Of a DNA stretch of 64,000 bases, positions 38,410-50,759 are shown in pieces. Source of the stretch: Sphyrna mokarran (Eukaryota); contig JAGIQG010000014.1 in assembly GCA_024679065.1 (NCBI GenBank), forward strand, positions 27,528,001 to 27,592,000. Direction: 5' to 3'. The translations under genes were made by a program, and so were the position numbers. Each line of letters begins with the position of its first letter. Within the stretch, counting starts at the first letter, position 1. The notes beneath the pieces were generated by a model that worked only from the letters and a program-made list of their open reading frames with translations, was not told the DNA's origin and made no database searches.

Positions 38410-38479
38410 TCCATAAAACGCAGCAGTAGCTCAGGTTTGAGTACCAAGTTATTCAAGGTTGCTGACTTAATCCTCCAGT

Positions 38480-38697
38480 TTTTCACACTGAATGCCTGCA
38501 GTGCATTGCCACAGGAGATAGGTGGAATCAGATTCTATAACAATATTGAAGAGGTATCTGGATAGATACATGAATAGGCAGAGAATGGATGGATATGGGT
38601 CCACACAGAGGCAAGAAAATATTAAATTAGAGAGGTATCTGTATTGGCACAGAATTGGTGGGCCGAAGGGCCTGTTCCTGTGCTGTATTGTCTTTTT
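38480..38697 (+). repeat. CR1 3' end fragment
   Basis: GCATTGCCACAG...GATAGATACATGAATAGG...GGGCCGAAGGGCCTGTTCCTGTGCTGTA. Confidence 0.8.
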
Positions 38698-40689
38698 GAT
38701 AAGGAAGGAATAGAATCTTTCTTCATCTGATTTGAAAGAGCAGCTCTATAAATACATTGGCCAGTAGAAAGCTGGAAAGCTGCTGCAAAGCAAATTACCA
38801 GGCAAGACTGATGAACTTTATCCACTGTTGCCTGATGAGAGTTTGGCAAACTGTAGAATGGCAAGGAAAGCTATTTTAATGTGTGCAAACTGTTGCCGGA
38901 AGCGCATCATCAGAAATTCTGTATGTTTTTGAAAATGGCAGGAACAGGCACACATCAGATTTGAATGGATTAAGTATCTTATGTTTGATCGCTGGATATG
39001 AGTGCTTAAGGTCAAGGCCACATCTGAAAACATTCAAGAAATAATACTCCTTGCAGAGTTCAAAAATTCATTCCCTCTCTCTGTAAAAATGTACATAGAG
39101 GAACAGAAGTGGCAGCAGCTTGGCAAGCTGACAAGTATGAGCTTGTCCGTCAGCCTCATCCCAAAGGAAATGTTTCCTTAATCACAGCTAGCAACCTGAA
39201 AACATTGTGAGATGGGAAGGTAATGAGAAGCCGAGCACATATAAGAGAGAAGGGATAGCAAAAGAGATGGAGACCGCTCCTTGAAATAGAATGGATGGTG
39301 TCAAGAAAAGCAGTTAGGATTGGAAACCTGTGTGGTTCAATTGCCATAGAGCCAAACACTTTCAAACTGATTGTTGAAGGTTACAGGGAAAGCTCATAGG
39401 ATGTTTGGGACACATAGGCCTTGTGAAAACAAAGAGTCAGACAGAGGAAGTAGGAGACCAGGATGTGATCACTGCAGCAAGTTCCTGTAAGCACACACCT
39501 GTGAGTGAGGGCAACACTAACAAAGTCTTTGGGAGTTACAAGAATTTTGTGCCAGAAGGAAAAGTATCTCCATTTCCCCAAAGCAAGGTGAACATGCACC
39601 TCATAATGAGGGATACTAAAGTCAGCCAATTTCTATTGCTGAGAAGAGACACAACCTTCCTCCCAAAGAATACAGTACAGTCCAAAACGCTGGTAATAGT
39701 TATCAAAGAAGATTAACTGCCCTCACTTTTATAAAGGATGCACTTGGAATGCAGCCTTAATTCAGTAGCCATGGGAATCATCCCCAGTTTACCTGCATGG
39801 CATCAAACTGCTCCTTGGCAATGGCTTAATAAGATCAAAGTTCATTGTATCTCAAGTGGTTTTAGGGAATCCAAGCAAAGTCAGGGAGACAATTTTCCTG
39901 ACTGCATGTAGTTTAAACCTCGGCTAAATAAATCCTGCAGGAGAGGCCAAACCAGCACTGCAGATGGATGACCCTGCTGTCTAGTATTTGAAACCTTTTT
40001 TAGAAGATCCTAAGAATACAATGAGTAGGTTTTCCTTAGTCAACAAGCTGACCCAGAGCTAAACGAGTTAGCATAGACTGCCCAAATGGATGCTGAAGTG
40101 AAGGGAATAGTGGAACGTTATTATTTTAAAAATGAGGTGCTGATGGGGGAAGTTGAAATCCTCTCACAGATCTGCAGACAAAGATGGACAGTGATCCTCC
40201 AGGTGGTGCTGCCAAGATACTGAGGGGAAATAATGAGACTAACCCCTGAAATCTTGATGACTGGACATGCCAGTATACAAAAACAAACAAAGCCCATTTA
40301 AGCCAACATTTTTACTGGTCTCACCTCCACAAAGATATGGTGAAGTTCTGCAAAAACATACCACATCTGCCCAAGAGTGGGGAAATTTCAGCCTATGTCT
40401 AAACCTGCACCTATGATTCTCATACTTGCCTTGGGAGATCTTTAGCAAGGTCTGGTTGATTGTGTAGAACTTTTGCTGAAAATGAAAGGGGGCCACCAGT
40501 ATATTATTATTTTGGACATGGCTACCCAATTCATAGAAGACATTCCTCTGAGAACAATTTCTGTCAAGGGATTATCACAATTCAAATTCTCTTTCTGCAC
40601 CTAGAGTGCACTGAGGCAGACAGTCTGTATAAGTCTGTTTCCATAGCTACTAGTCCCTGGAACAGATCATAGTGTGTCGCCAGAGGTTT

Positions 40690-40908
40690 ATAGCTTGAGG
40701 GGCACATGCTGTATCAAGTGTGGCTGACCAGGAGTCTTTCTCATTTCTATCACCAGCTATTGGCGTGTTAGAAGGATTTCCAAATTGACATTCAACATGG
40801 TTGACTGCATTATGAACTCATCCTTCCTTAGTCATCAGGTCCTGGGTGGGACTTGAACCTGGAGATTCTGGCCAGAGGCAGGGAAGTTGCCCACTGTGCC
40901 ACATGACC
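40690..40908 (-). mobile_element. tRNA-derived SINE inserted in the Gypsy integrase
   Basis: Minus strand GTGGCACAGTGG (A-box) ... GGTTCAAGTCC (B-box). The left boundary is uncertain. Confidence 0.65.
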
Positions 40909-41139
40909 CTGTATTAACATAATTCTTTACTTGAAATGGGATGCCCGTTGAAATTCAGTTGGATCAGGGCTTAGGTTTCATGCTCAGAAAATTTCAGGAA
41001 GTCATACTACTCATGGTTACGAGGAGCAGGGCCCAGGAAAGGTGGGATGGGATGGGGCGGAGTGCAGATGCTGCCAAACATTAGGGCCCAGGCTTGGTAT
41101 ATTAAGTGGAGCTTCTTGTCGTCCAAACTAAGCAGCCAG

Positions 41140-41233
41140 AGCTTCAGATCTGGGTGGGATTGTTATCAGTGCAGGCTTGATGCAGAATGGCATTTTCTGC
41201 ACTTTATGGAGTGTATAATTCTATGATTCCATG
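41140..41233 (+). repeat. HE1 SINE / CR1 tail fragment
   Basis: CTGGGTGGGATTGTTATCAGTGCAGGCTTGATG...TTCTATGATTCCATG. Confidence 0.6.
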
Positions 41234-42399
41234 ACCTGAAATACCAACTTAAAAGAATCAGAACTACCTGGCTGATAGTCCCAATATTTTAAAAGCACGT
41301 GTGGTATATTAATTTCACTATTGCTGTGTTGTTGCTTCCAATCTTTGGGAGGGTTTGATTACAATTTTTTTTAAAAACTCACCAGAAAACACAAAGCAGC
41401 CGGAAGATGAAAAACAGCAGCAGCAGTAACTGTCATGTCACTCGCCACATGTGGTCATAACAACAGATGTAATAACCAGGTGGCTGTTTTGTATGGCTAG
41501 ACCCTTCTTATGAATAACAACTTGGGCTGCCCATTTTCACTGTAATGCAGATTTCTGAAAGGACAGAGAGTCATAATGAACTGACAATGTTCCGTCCACA
41601 TGAGGAAGAGTAAAAAAAATGACTCTCCTATAATACCACTTCAAATCTGACCGTAACAAGATTTCCTGTGAAGGATTTAGAAGGATGGAGACGTTTATTC
41701 ACTGTCTGAGTTTAACCATTTAAGTACTGATTGCAGAGAAATGGGTCTGACAAGGCTTTCTTGAAGTTTAAAAGGGGCTAGTTATTGAATTAAAGGCATA
41801 GCCAGATAAAGACAGCAATATATCTAAAAAGGTAAATTTGCACTTCTCAAATTTTCATGCTATACATTTATACACGCATGCAACATTTACAAGTTAAACT
41901 GTAGGTAGCTACTTTATTAGCCACATTAAAGCTCAATATTGAAAGATAACAGTTGCTTTTGTTTCATGGCTGGCTGTTGAGTAGATTCTGTAATGTCCCT
42001 GCCACTAATCCCCAGATGGGTCATTAACCATCTCAATGAAATAAGAAAACGTATTTCCACATAATTATTATCAGAGTAGACTTTCTACTTCTGATGGAGA
42101 TGTAGCACATAGAAATGTAACTGAAAGTCCAGTACAATTGTCAGTAAATCTTAAAAAGTTGTCTTTGACATCCTCAGGTGTGAAATTCCAGAAAAGAACT
42201 TAACATGTCATGTCTGAATTGGATTTACAGTGACATTTTCCAGAAGCTGGCTAACCTGCAATATCAAATGTCAGTTGATTTGTGGCAGCAATCTTTGGTC
42301 AATGTATTTTCTTGTCTTTACAAAGTCTTTTGCAAACAGTTTAGTATTTGTCTATGTCAGCCAGTGAAATTCACATCATCATAACAACCATTGTGGTTT

Positions 42400-45300
42400 A
42401 GACATGAAGCAATGGGCTGCATGCGGGAATAAGTTCAATTCTAATGTGTAGCCGTTGACACACATTACGCAGTAGCTGCTCTACACGTAATATAATCACA
42501 TTTCGGAATTGAAGAAGTTTGTGTATTCGTTGGATAGCACCTACAATGCTGAAATTCAATGAAGTGGTGACACCACAGGTAAAGACTGAACAGGCACAAA
42601 GGAGATGGGTGACCACCAGGTAGAGTAGACGAAGGCAGGTAATGCAGGAGACCTCTGTGGCCAACCCTCTCTTTAACAGATATACCATTTTGATATGTTG
42701 GTGGGAAAAGCATCTCAGGGAATAGTAGTGAAAGCCAAGACCCATAGTGTCACAAGAGGTGAGCAGCTGAGAACAGGCAATGAAGAATATCATTCATTAT
42801 ATTGTATAAGATCTATTCAAAATAAAGCAAACTACACAATGCTTCATTTTGGATCATGTTCAAAAGAGGGAAAGAAGAAGAATGGCAAGGTTATAGTGAC
42901 AAGAGATTCAACAGTAAGGGGAACAGATAGGAACTTCAACAGCTGCAAAAGAGACTCCAGGAAGGTGGGTTGCCTCCCTGGTACCAGATCAAGGATGTCT
43001 CAGAATGCCTACATTACATTCTGAAGGGAAAGGGCGAACAATCAGTGGCTGTGATACTTATCAGTACCAACGACTTGGTTAAAAAGAGGATGAGCTCTTA
43101 CAAGCAGAATATAGGAAATTAGAAGGACACCAATTTAAAAAGTAGGATCTCAAAGATAATAAGGTGAAGATTACTATCAGTGTCACATTCTAATGCGAGT
43201 AAAAATAACAGAGGTATACCAGATGAATACATGACTGGAGAAATGGTGTAGGAGGAAGGGATTCAGATTCCCAGGACATTGGGGTTGGTTCTGGGGAAGG
43301 TTGGGCTATAATAAGCAGGGTGGGTTGCATCTGGGCAGGACCAGGACCAAAATCTTAGGATGTAGGGTGTTTACTAGAGTTATCGGGAAGGGTTTAACCT
43401 GGAACACAATTGGGAATAGGAGCCTAAGCATGGAGTTGGAGGAGGAAGAAACAAGGATAGAAATAAAAGACAGAAATGTAAGATGCAAAAGTGGAAAACA
43501 GAAAAAATAAGGGCAATAAATAAACGGTGCCAAAATGCACAATAAATCTAAGATGGCTAACAAGGTTGAAAATACAAGTCCAAAGACTGTGTGTTTTAAT
43601 GTGCATTTATATCCATCTACACTGATAATTCATCTACTTTATTTGTAGATGAATTAACAGTGCAGCTGGATATAAATGGTTACAATGTAGTTGCAATTAT
43701 AAAGACATGGCTAAACGATTACCACGGATGGGAATTGAACATTCAGGAATATTCATTATTTAGAAAGGACAGATAAAAAGGGAAAGGAGGTGGGGTAGCA
43801 TTGTTAGTAAAGGAAGAAATTAATGCAATAATGAGGAAAAATATTGGCTCAGAAAATTATAATTATGGAACTTATATGGACAGAGATAAGAAACATCATG
43901 AGGCAAAAAATGTTGTTGGGGGACTGTCTGTAGGCCCCCAAACAGTGATGTAAGGGAAGGTGGTAAACAAAAAAATCAAAGATGCATGTAATAAGGATGC
44001 AACTGAAATTATGCGTGACTTTAATTTACAAATAGATTGGTCAAACCAAACTAATAATGATATAGTGGTGGAGAAATACATTTGTGATTTTTTTTAGACC
44101 AATAGAACCAACCAGAGAAGTTTAAGTGTATTTATTAGTGTCACAAGAGCAGGCTATTCTAGACTGGTAAAGTGCAATGAAAAAGAATTAATTAACAATC
44201 TTGTGAGGAGGCCCTTGGGGAAGGTGACTGAAATATGATAGAATTTTTCATTAAGGTGGAGAGTGAAGTAGTCAAATCTGAAACTAGAGTCCTGAATTTG
44301 AATAAAGGGAATTAAAGGAGTTGATGGTGGATAGGTGATGGTTCATATTTTAAAAATGTGTGCATGAATTACAATTATTCACTCCTGTCTGGCACAAAAA
44401 TAAAAGTGGAAAAGTGGCTTAACCATGAATTACAAAATAAATTAGGGATAATATTAAATCTAAAGAGGATACATATAAAATTGCCAGAAAAAAGCAGTTA
44501 GCCTGATGATTGGGAGTATTTTAGAATTCAGCAAAAGAGGACAAAAGGCAAAAAAAAAAGAGTATGACAGTAAAATTGCAGGGAACGTAGACACTGACCG
44601 TAAAAACTTCTATAAATTTGTGAAGATTAACACAAATTGTGAAAATTTAAAGACAAAGACTCCTTTCAGTCAGGAGCCAGAGAAATTACAATGGAGAACA
44701 AAGAAATGGCAGAATAATTCAACACATATTTTGATTCTGTCTTCATAAAAGAGGGCACAAGTAACAGAAATGTTAGGGAACCAAGGATCTAGTGAGAGGA
44801 GAGAAAGGAAGGAAATTGTTACTAGTAAGAAAATGGTGCTGAGTAAATTAATAGAATTAAATGCTAACAAATCACCTGATAATCTACCACCCACAATATT
44901 AAGGAAGTGCGCTAAAAATACTAGATACATTGGTGGTCATCTTCCAAAATTCTACAGACTCTGGAGTAGTTCCTAAAGATTGAAAGGTGGCAATGGGAAT
45001 GCCACTATTCAGAAAGGTAGAGAGAGAAAAAGAGAACTACAGACCAATTAACCTGACTCTTCAAACAATGATAATACAGAATACCAGAAAGAAAGAGAAT
45101 CTGGTAACCTGACATGACGACAATAATCTCTCCCACAATGTCAACAAAATGAAGGAGATTGTCACCAACTTCAGGAAGCATAGTGGAGGACGTGCCCCTG
45201 TCCATATCAATGGAGATGAAGTCAAATTGGTCGAGAGCTTCAAGTTTCTAGGTGTCCAGATCACCAACAATCTGTCCTGGTCCCTCAATGCCAATGTTAT

Positions 45301-47163
45301 AGTTAAGAAAGCCCAGCAATGCCTCTATGCTCTCAAAAGACTAAGGAAATTTGACATGTCCACTACAAGTTTCATCAGCTTTTGCAGCATAGAAAATTCT
45401 TTCTAATTGTATCACAGTTTGGTATGGCTGCTCCTCTGTCCAAGACCACAAGAAACTATAAAGGGTCATAAATGAAGCCCCATCCATCATGCAAGCCAGC
45501 TTTCCATTCATCAGCACTGTCTACACTTCCCACTGTCTCAGAAAAGTAGCCAACATAAACAAGGACCCCATGCACCTTGGGCATACTCTGTTTCATCTTC
45601 TGCCATGGAGAAAAGATACAAAAATCTGAGGTCACATACCAACTGACTCAATAATAGCTTTTTCCCTGCTGCCATCAGACTTTTGAATGAACCTCCATAT
45701 ATTAAATTGATTTTTCTTTACTCATTAGCTATGTCTGTAATATTACATTCTGCATCATCTCCTTTCTTTCAATATGTACAGTATGCTTTGTCTGTCTAGC
45801 ATGCAAGAAATAATACTTTCTTCTATATACTAATACATGTGACAATAATAAATCCAATCCAATCAAATCAAAGCAATGGGAAAGATGTTAGAGTCTATTA
45901 TAAAAAAACATAGTGGAACATTTGGAAAGAACTAACAGAATTGTTCAAAGCCAGGGTTTATGAAAAGCAAATCATGCTTAACAAATCAACTAGAGATTTT
46001 TGATGATGTAATTAGTGGAATCGATAAGGGAGAATCAGTGGGTGTGATGTATTTGGACTTGCAGAATGCTTTGAAAGGTCCCTCATTAGAGGTTAATAGG
46101 CAAAATTAAAGTACTTGAGATGGGGGTAATGTATTGGCATGGAGCAGTTGATAGACAGGAAACAAGGTGTGGAAGTAAATAGGAGTCAGTGATTCGTGAG
46201 GTAATACAGAGATCAGTTTTTTGGTCCCAGCTGTTCACAATATATATAAATAGCCTGGATGAAGGAACCAAATGTAACATTTCCAGGTTTGATGACTAGG
46301 TAAAAGTGTAAGGATGATGCAAAGAGACTTCAAGATAACTTAGACAAATTTGAGTGAGTGGAAAAATACATGGCAGGTGTAGTACAATGTGGATAATTGT
46401 GAAGTTATATAAATACACATACACTTCAATGTGAAAAACAGAAAGGAATTTAAATGGTGATGTATTGGGAAGTGTGGATGTATAAAGGAATCTGGGTGCC
46501 CTTGTACACCAGTCAATGAAAGTGGAGAGGCGGATGAAGAAAGCAAATAGTATACTGACTTTCATTGCAAGAGAATTTGAGTTCAGAACTAGGGATAACT
46601 TATTGTAGTTATACAAGGCCTTGGTGAGACCAAACCTGGAGTACTGCATGCAGTTTTGGTCTCCCTATTAAAAAACAATATACTTGTCATTAGAGGGAAT
46701 GTAGCAGCGCTTCACTAGGTTGATATTGGTGTTGGTGAGATTGTCCTATGACTGGGCCTGCGTTAACTAGTGTTTAGAAAGATGAGAGGAGATCTGATTG
46801 AAATGTATACAATTCTCACAAGGCTGGACCAAATAGATGTAGGGAGGTTGTTTTCCCTGTTAGGGGGGCGTTTAGAACCAGGTGACAGAGTCTAAGATAT
46901 AGTGTAAACTGAGATTAGGATAAATTTCTTCACTCAAAGGGTAATGAACCTGTGCAATTCCCTACCTCAGAAAGCTGTGGAGTACAAATCACTGAATATA
47001 TTTAAGAAGGAAATGGATAATCTTTTGAATTTTATTGGTATAAAGGAATATGGGGTAAAAACAAGAACATGGAGTGGAGATCGAGAATCAGCCATGATCA
47101 TATTGAATGATGGAGCAGCTTCAAAGGGCCAAATGGCCTACTCCTGCTCCTGATTTCTATATT
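42400..47163 (+). mobile_element. Near full-length old CR1 LINE (ORF1 esterase + ORF2), heavily decayed
   Basis: ORF1 EVVTPQV...RWVT.R...QET.VA.PL.NRY and VIV..DS.VRGTDR.F....RDSR.V.CLPG (SGNH esterase). ORF2 GKGGGVALLVK, DFNL, NYRPI.LT, LVRP.LEYC.QFW. Tail CTCCTGCTCCTGATTTCTAT. Confidence 0.9.
45061..45872 (+). mobile_element. Rex1/Babar-clade LINE 3' fragment nested in CR1
   Basis: KEIVTNFRK....APVHING.EV..VESFKFLGVQITNNLSWS....IVKKAQQ.LY.L.RLRKF (ORF 45149..45406) and (AATC/AAATC)n tail at 45850-45872. The host LT-SVVGKMLES motif is split around it. Confidence 0.88.
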
Positions 47164-48435
47164 TTAACTCCAGTCTGGGCTGATTGTGCTACCTTGCTTA
47201 ACTGTGTATTGACTTGCTGAGGCTGAATTAGAAAAGATTTACTAAAAATTTATTCCAGATTATCCAAGTCTGTAAAGTTACTACAGTACATGATTCTGCT
47301 CACTGAGTATTCTCCTTAAGCTCTGTAAAGGATGAAGCCATAGATATTGCAGCTGATGAAGGAACCAATGATTAGTCCACCTTTGTCCCTATTATTCTTC
47401 CATGTACTATGGTATTTCCACTGTTACCACCTTTTAACTCAATTACTAACTCTCCTAGTTGTATGGCTATGCTTTTGCTTGGAAAAGCTTACAACAGTAC
47501 ACGGGTTGCTATGATGTGTTGCATTGCTCAGAGGCATTAACAGTTCTAGTAGGCAATCTTTATAAGCTGACAAAGCCAAAGAGGAATGTATGTTGGCTCC
47601 AAAGAAATAGCTTCCTATGTTACCTGCGCTGAAAAAATACTGTGTCATGTTTTTACAGTTGGGTCCATGCCTGTGAGTGAAGGAGGGTACAAGGCATACC
47701 AAAACCACTAGCCCTGAGTTTGAACAGGACTCTAGTTTAATTTTTGCTAATCTCATTGCTATAATTCTAATATGACTTCTTCCCAGGAAAGTCAGAGCTG
47801 TTAATGTTTAATTTTGATTTGATTTATTATCATATGTATTGTTTTGTGCGCTACACAGAGCGTAGTGTACGTGTTGTTGTTCATCCATCATTGTTGGTGA
47901 GGACATTGACACCAGTGCCATGTAAAGGGAGTAAACTTTGCGAAATTGATAGAACAGACCAGAGAGTAAGAGATATCAAAGCAATATTTCACCTGGAGTG
48001 TAGCTGTTTCAAAACTCTGCCACATGATTTCCCAAACCCTTTGAGCTGTGGAATCCATATTGCATAGGGAACTCCAAGCATTCTCATATGTTGACGCTCC
48101 ATTTTGCCACAGAGTGTGAGAATAGAAATAGTGGGAACAAGTTTTTCCTCTATAATCTATGCATGTAATAGGAATTAAGAAGAAAAGGCACATGGTGACA
48201 AATAATTCGTCAGCTACGTTGCCCCTCAAATTAACCCTCTCTCCTAACCACTCTCACGTAGCTCTTTAACATTAATTATTGGAAGTAATACCCACTTTAG
48301 GAGTGGGTAATCTGGTAATAATTTTTAAATTATTAAAGTATTTAAATATTTTGTCATTTTCAATGGGAGGAATAAAGCTGGAAAGTTGATTCTCATATAG
48401 GACACATTCACCTCGTATCACTCACAGCCACCTGT

Positions 48436-48660
48436 CTATCTCTCTCTCTCTCTTTTTTTACACGTGCGTGCACGCACACACACAGCTTTCTCTCACACAA
48501 TCACCTCCTCACAAACACTCATCCACACGTGCACTCACCGCCTGCCTCACACATATACACACTCATCATGCTCGCTCACAAACACATTCACTCATTTCTC
48601 TCAAACACATAATCATCTTCCCTCTCTTGCACGTGCACACACATCCACATACATACAGAC
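48436..48660. repeat. Degenerate (CT)n/(CA)n microsatellite tract
   Basis: Interspersed TCTC, CACA and CACGTG runs. Confidence 0.7.
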
Positions 48661-49298
48661 ACCCATCAGGTACATGGTACATACTCATGCAACTCAGCCT
48701 ACTCATATACTGCAGGAAAGGAAGTCCTGTAGCATTTGGCGAGACCATGCAGATGCTATGACAACAAATGAACAGATGGTGCGTGACAATTGCTAGGCAA
48801 GAGAGTCCCCTTCCAGTCAGGAACACTTCATTAGTCAAGGGCATTCAGTCTCTGATCTTCAGGTAAGCTTTCTACAAGGCAGCCTTCAAGACACATGAAA
48901 CCCAGAATCGCTGAGCAGAAACTATTAGCCAAGTTCTGGATGCATGAGGATGGTCTCAACCAGGCTCTTGATTCATGTTACACTACCTGCAACCCATATC
49001 GTTTGGCTTGGGCTGGCAAAATCCTACTAACTGTTCTGGTTTGAGACAATTCACATCTCATTAACCTGTGATTATCCTTCTCTCCACTTGCACTATCTGT
49101 ATCCGTAAAGACTTGATTATTATCTTGCAATTGTGTCTTTGTCTATATATGATGTGTTTGTGAAACTACCTCTCCACTCACCTGATGAAGGAGCAGCATC
49201 CAAAAGCTTGTGATTCCATATAAACCTGTTGGATTTTAACCTGATGTTGAAGCTTTTTACTGTGCCCACCTCTGTCCAACATCTGCATCTCCACATCA
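48660..49298 (+). mobile_element. Penelope-like element 3' part (GIY-YIG + pseudo-LTR + tail)
   Basis: HQVHGTYSC...CRKG....GETMQ.L.Q.MN....IARQE..LPV..HF.SQGHS.SDL.VS.LQG...IAEQKLLAKF..HEDGLN. The pLTR carries TCAC-CTGATGA-AGGAGCAGCATCC-AAAA-GCTT-GTGA (CpG-decayed hammerhead); tail TCCAACATCTGCATCTCCACAT. Confidence 0.88.
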
Positions 49299-50759
49299 TG
49301 TCTCCTGTGAAAAGCTTTGGGATGTGCTATTACTTAAAGGTGCTACATAAAGGCCAACTTTTTGTCTTTGTAGTTGTGGTGAACAATAGCTGGACTATGA
49401 CAGCCTGGTGGCGGGGGGACACTTATATTTATTAACAGCCTAATATGGGGCTTTTGAACCTTGAGCTGCTGGTCAATGTGCTTCAGTGCTTGAATATGGG
49501 ATCATTAGCCCTGGTGGCGTTCACAACCGAACTAATTGCCGGACGGTGATAACTTGGTGAAGGTGGCTACACTAATTCTGTATTATGATGTGATATGGAC
49601 TTCAGCCAGATTAGAATCAATAGACTGCAGATACTGAATCCTGCGGAAACTCAAATTCCCATTTTGGGTCTGCAGGAATAACTAGATCACCGACAAACTG
49701 AACGATCAATTGGCCGATAGTTTCTGTGAAACTCGTGTAAGCTGTGCAGTTTCATTCTGCCTCACCCACTTTTATTGTTCTCTATCGTAGCGGCTGCTGT
49801 GAAGTATGTAATTTAGGGAGAGTGAAAGGCAGACAGCAAAAGCAAAAATAAGATAAACAGAGAGTAACCACAAAAACCTGTAATCTGATGTACTCAGTAA
49901 TGAGTGAGGAGGTGTGTGTTACTTACTCTCGTGGGAAAACAAACTCAGCTAAGCCCTTCCCTGAACACACACAGCATTTCATTCATTAATACCAACACAA
50001 ACAAGAGGCAACAGGAACACACACACAAACCCTCAAGCTGAGACACAGAAAGGCATTGTACTGACACACTTTTCATTTATGTTATGTCTCCTGCTATGTA
50101 CTAACGCTGATTAAATGCCATAGCATTGGATGCAGAGATTCCCATCAGAAATAAGCTTCAAATCACTCACCTTTGCATTGTATCTATTAGCTTACCATGT
50201 AAGTTGATAACCTTTCCCTTAATGCAGGAGCATCCTTCTCTTAATGGCAATGATAGTTTGGTTACTTGTACAGATCAGGTGTTGCAGTAGATTGATGTAC
50301 ATTATTGGGAAATCTTGCCTCAGACTTGCAGGATTCCTACCATTCTAAAGTCTTGATCTTTCTCTACTATTCTTCCTTTGAATATTTGAAAAATTTGTTC
50401 ACTCTTGCAAACAGTGCTTCAATAACCTACTGAATTAAATTCCCTTCTAATTTCCTTCCCAAACTTAGTGGCGCTTTAAGGCAGATTCATCTATTTCCAT
50501 AGCTAGTAATTCCTGGAACAAGTTACCAGAGACTTATGGTTTGAAAGGGTGCCACTCAGTATGAGGTATGGTTGACTAGGAGTCTTCTTTGTTCTTAATG
50601 CCAGCCATTGGCATGTTGGAAGAATTCGGAGATTGACATTCAACCTGATAGGCCACATTACGAATGCATTTTCCTTGGCCGTCAAGTCCTTGACAACTTG
50701 ACTTTGCTATCTCCTCTCAACAATAGCACCTCTTAAGGATCAACAAGGTTATCTATCAG

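Larger units (their letters stand above)
36485..41005 (+). mobile_element. Fragmented Gmr1-like Gypsy element: LTR end/PBS, gag, protease, integrase
   Basis: ...ATAACA then TGGTGGAGAAT (PBS-like, 36518-36528). Gag N-terminus 36730-37000. Gag core 38700-39080 (ESFFI.FE..A...WP.E.W, LPEA.HQKF, FDRW, E.ILL.EFKNS). Protease RDT..SQ.LL (~39610) and LLLGN (~39810). Integrase Zn finger (QVVLP, GH, FYW..L.KD..KFC) 40200-40385 and core (VDCV, IPLR.I, EIQ.DQG..F) 40450-41005. Confidence 0.75.

Noticed and set aside
38831-38860. CTGATGAGAGTTTGGCAAACT resembling a hammerhead
   Set aside because: No GAAA follows the stem, and it lies in the Gypsy gag reading remnant, so it is likely coincidental.
47165-47760. 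Possible retroviral env remnant on the minus strand
   Set aside because: Only vague Cys spacing and a heptad-like stretch. No clear furin site, immunosuppressive domain or CX6CC motif; needs an HMM search.
48464-48844. His/Thr-rich ORFs
   Set aside because: Translation of a (CA)n-type microsatellite plus Penelope sequence.
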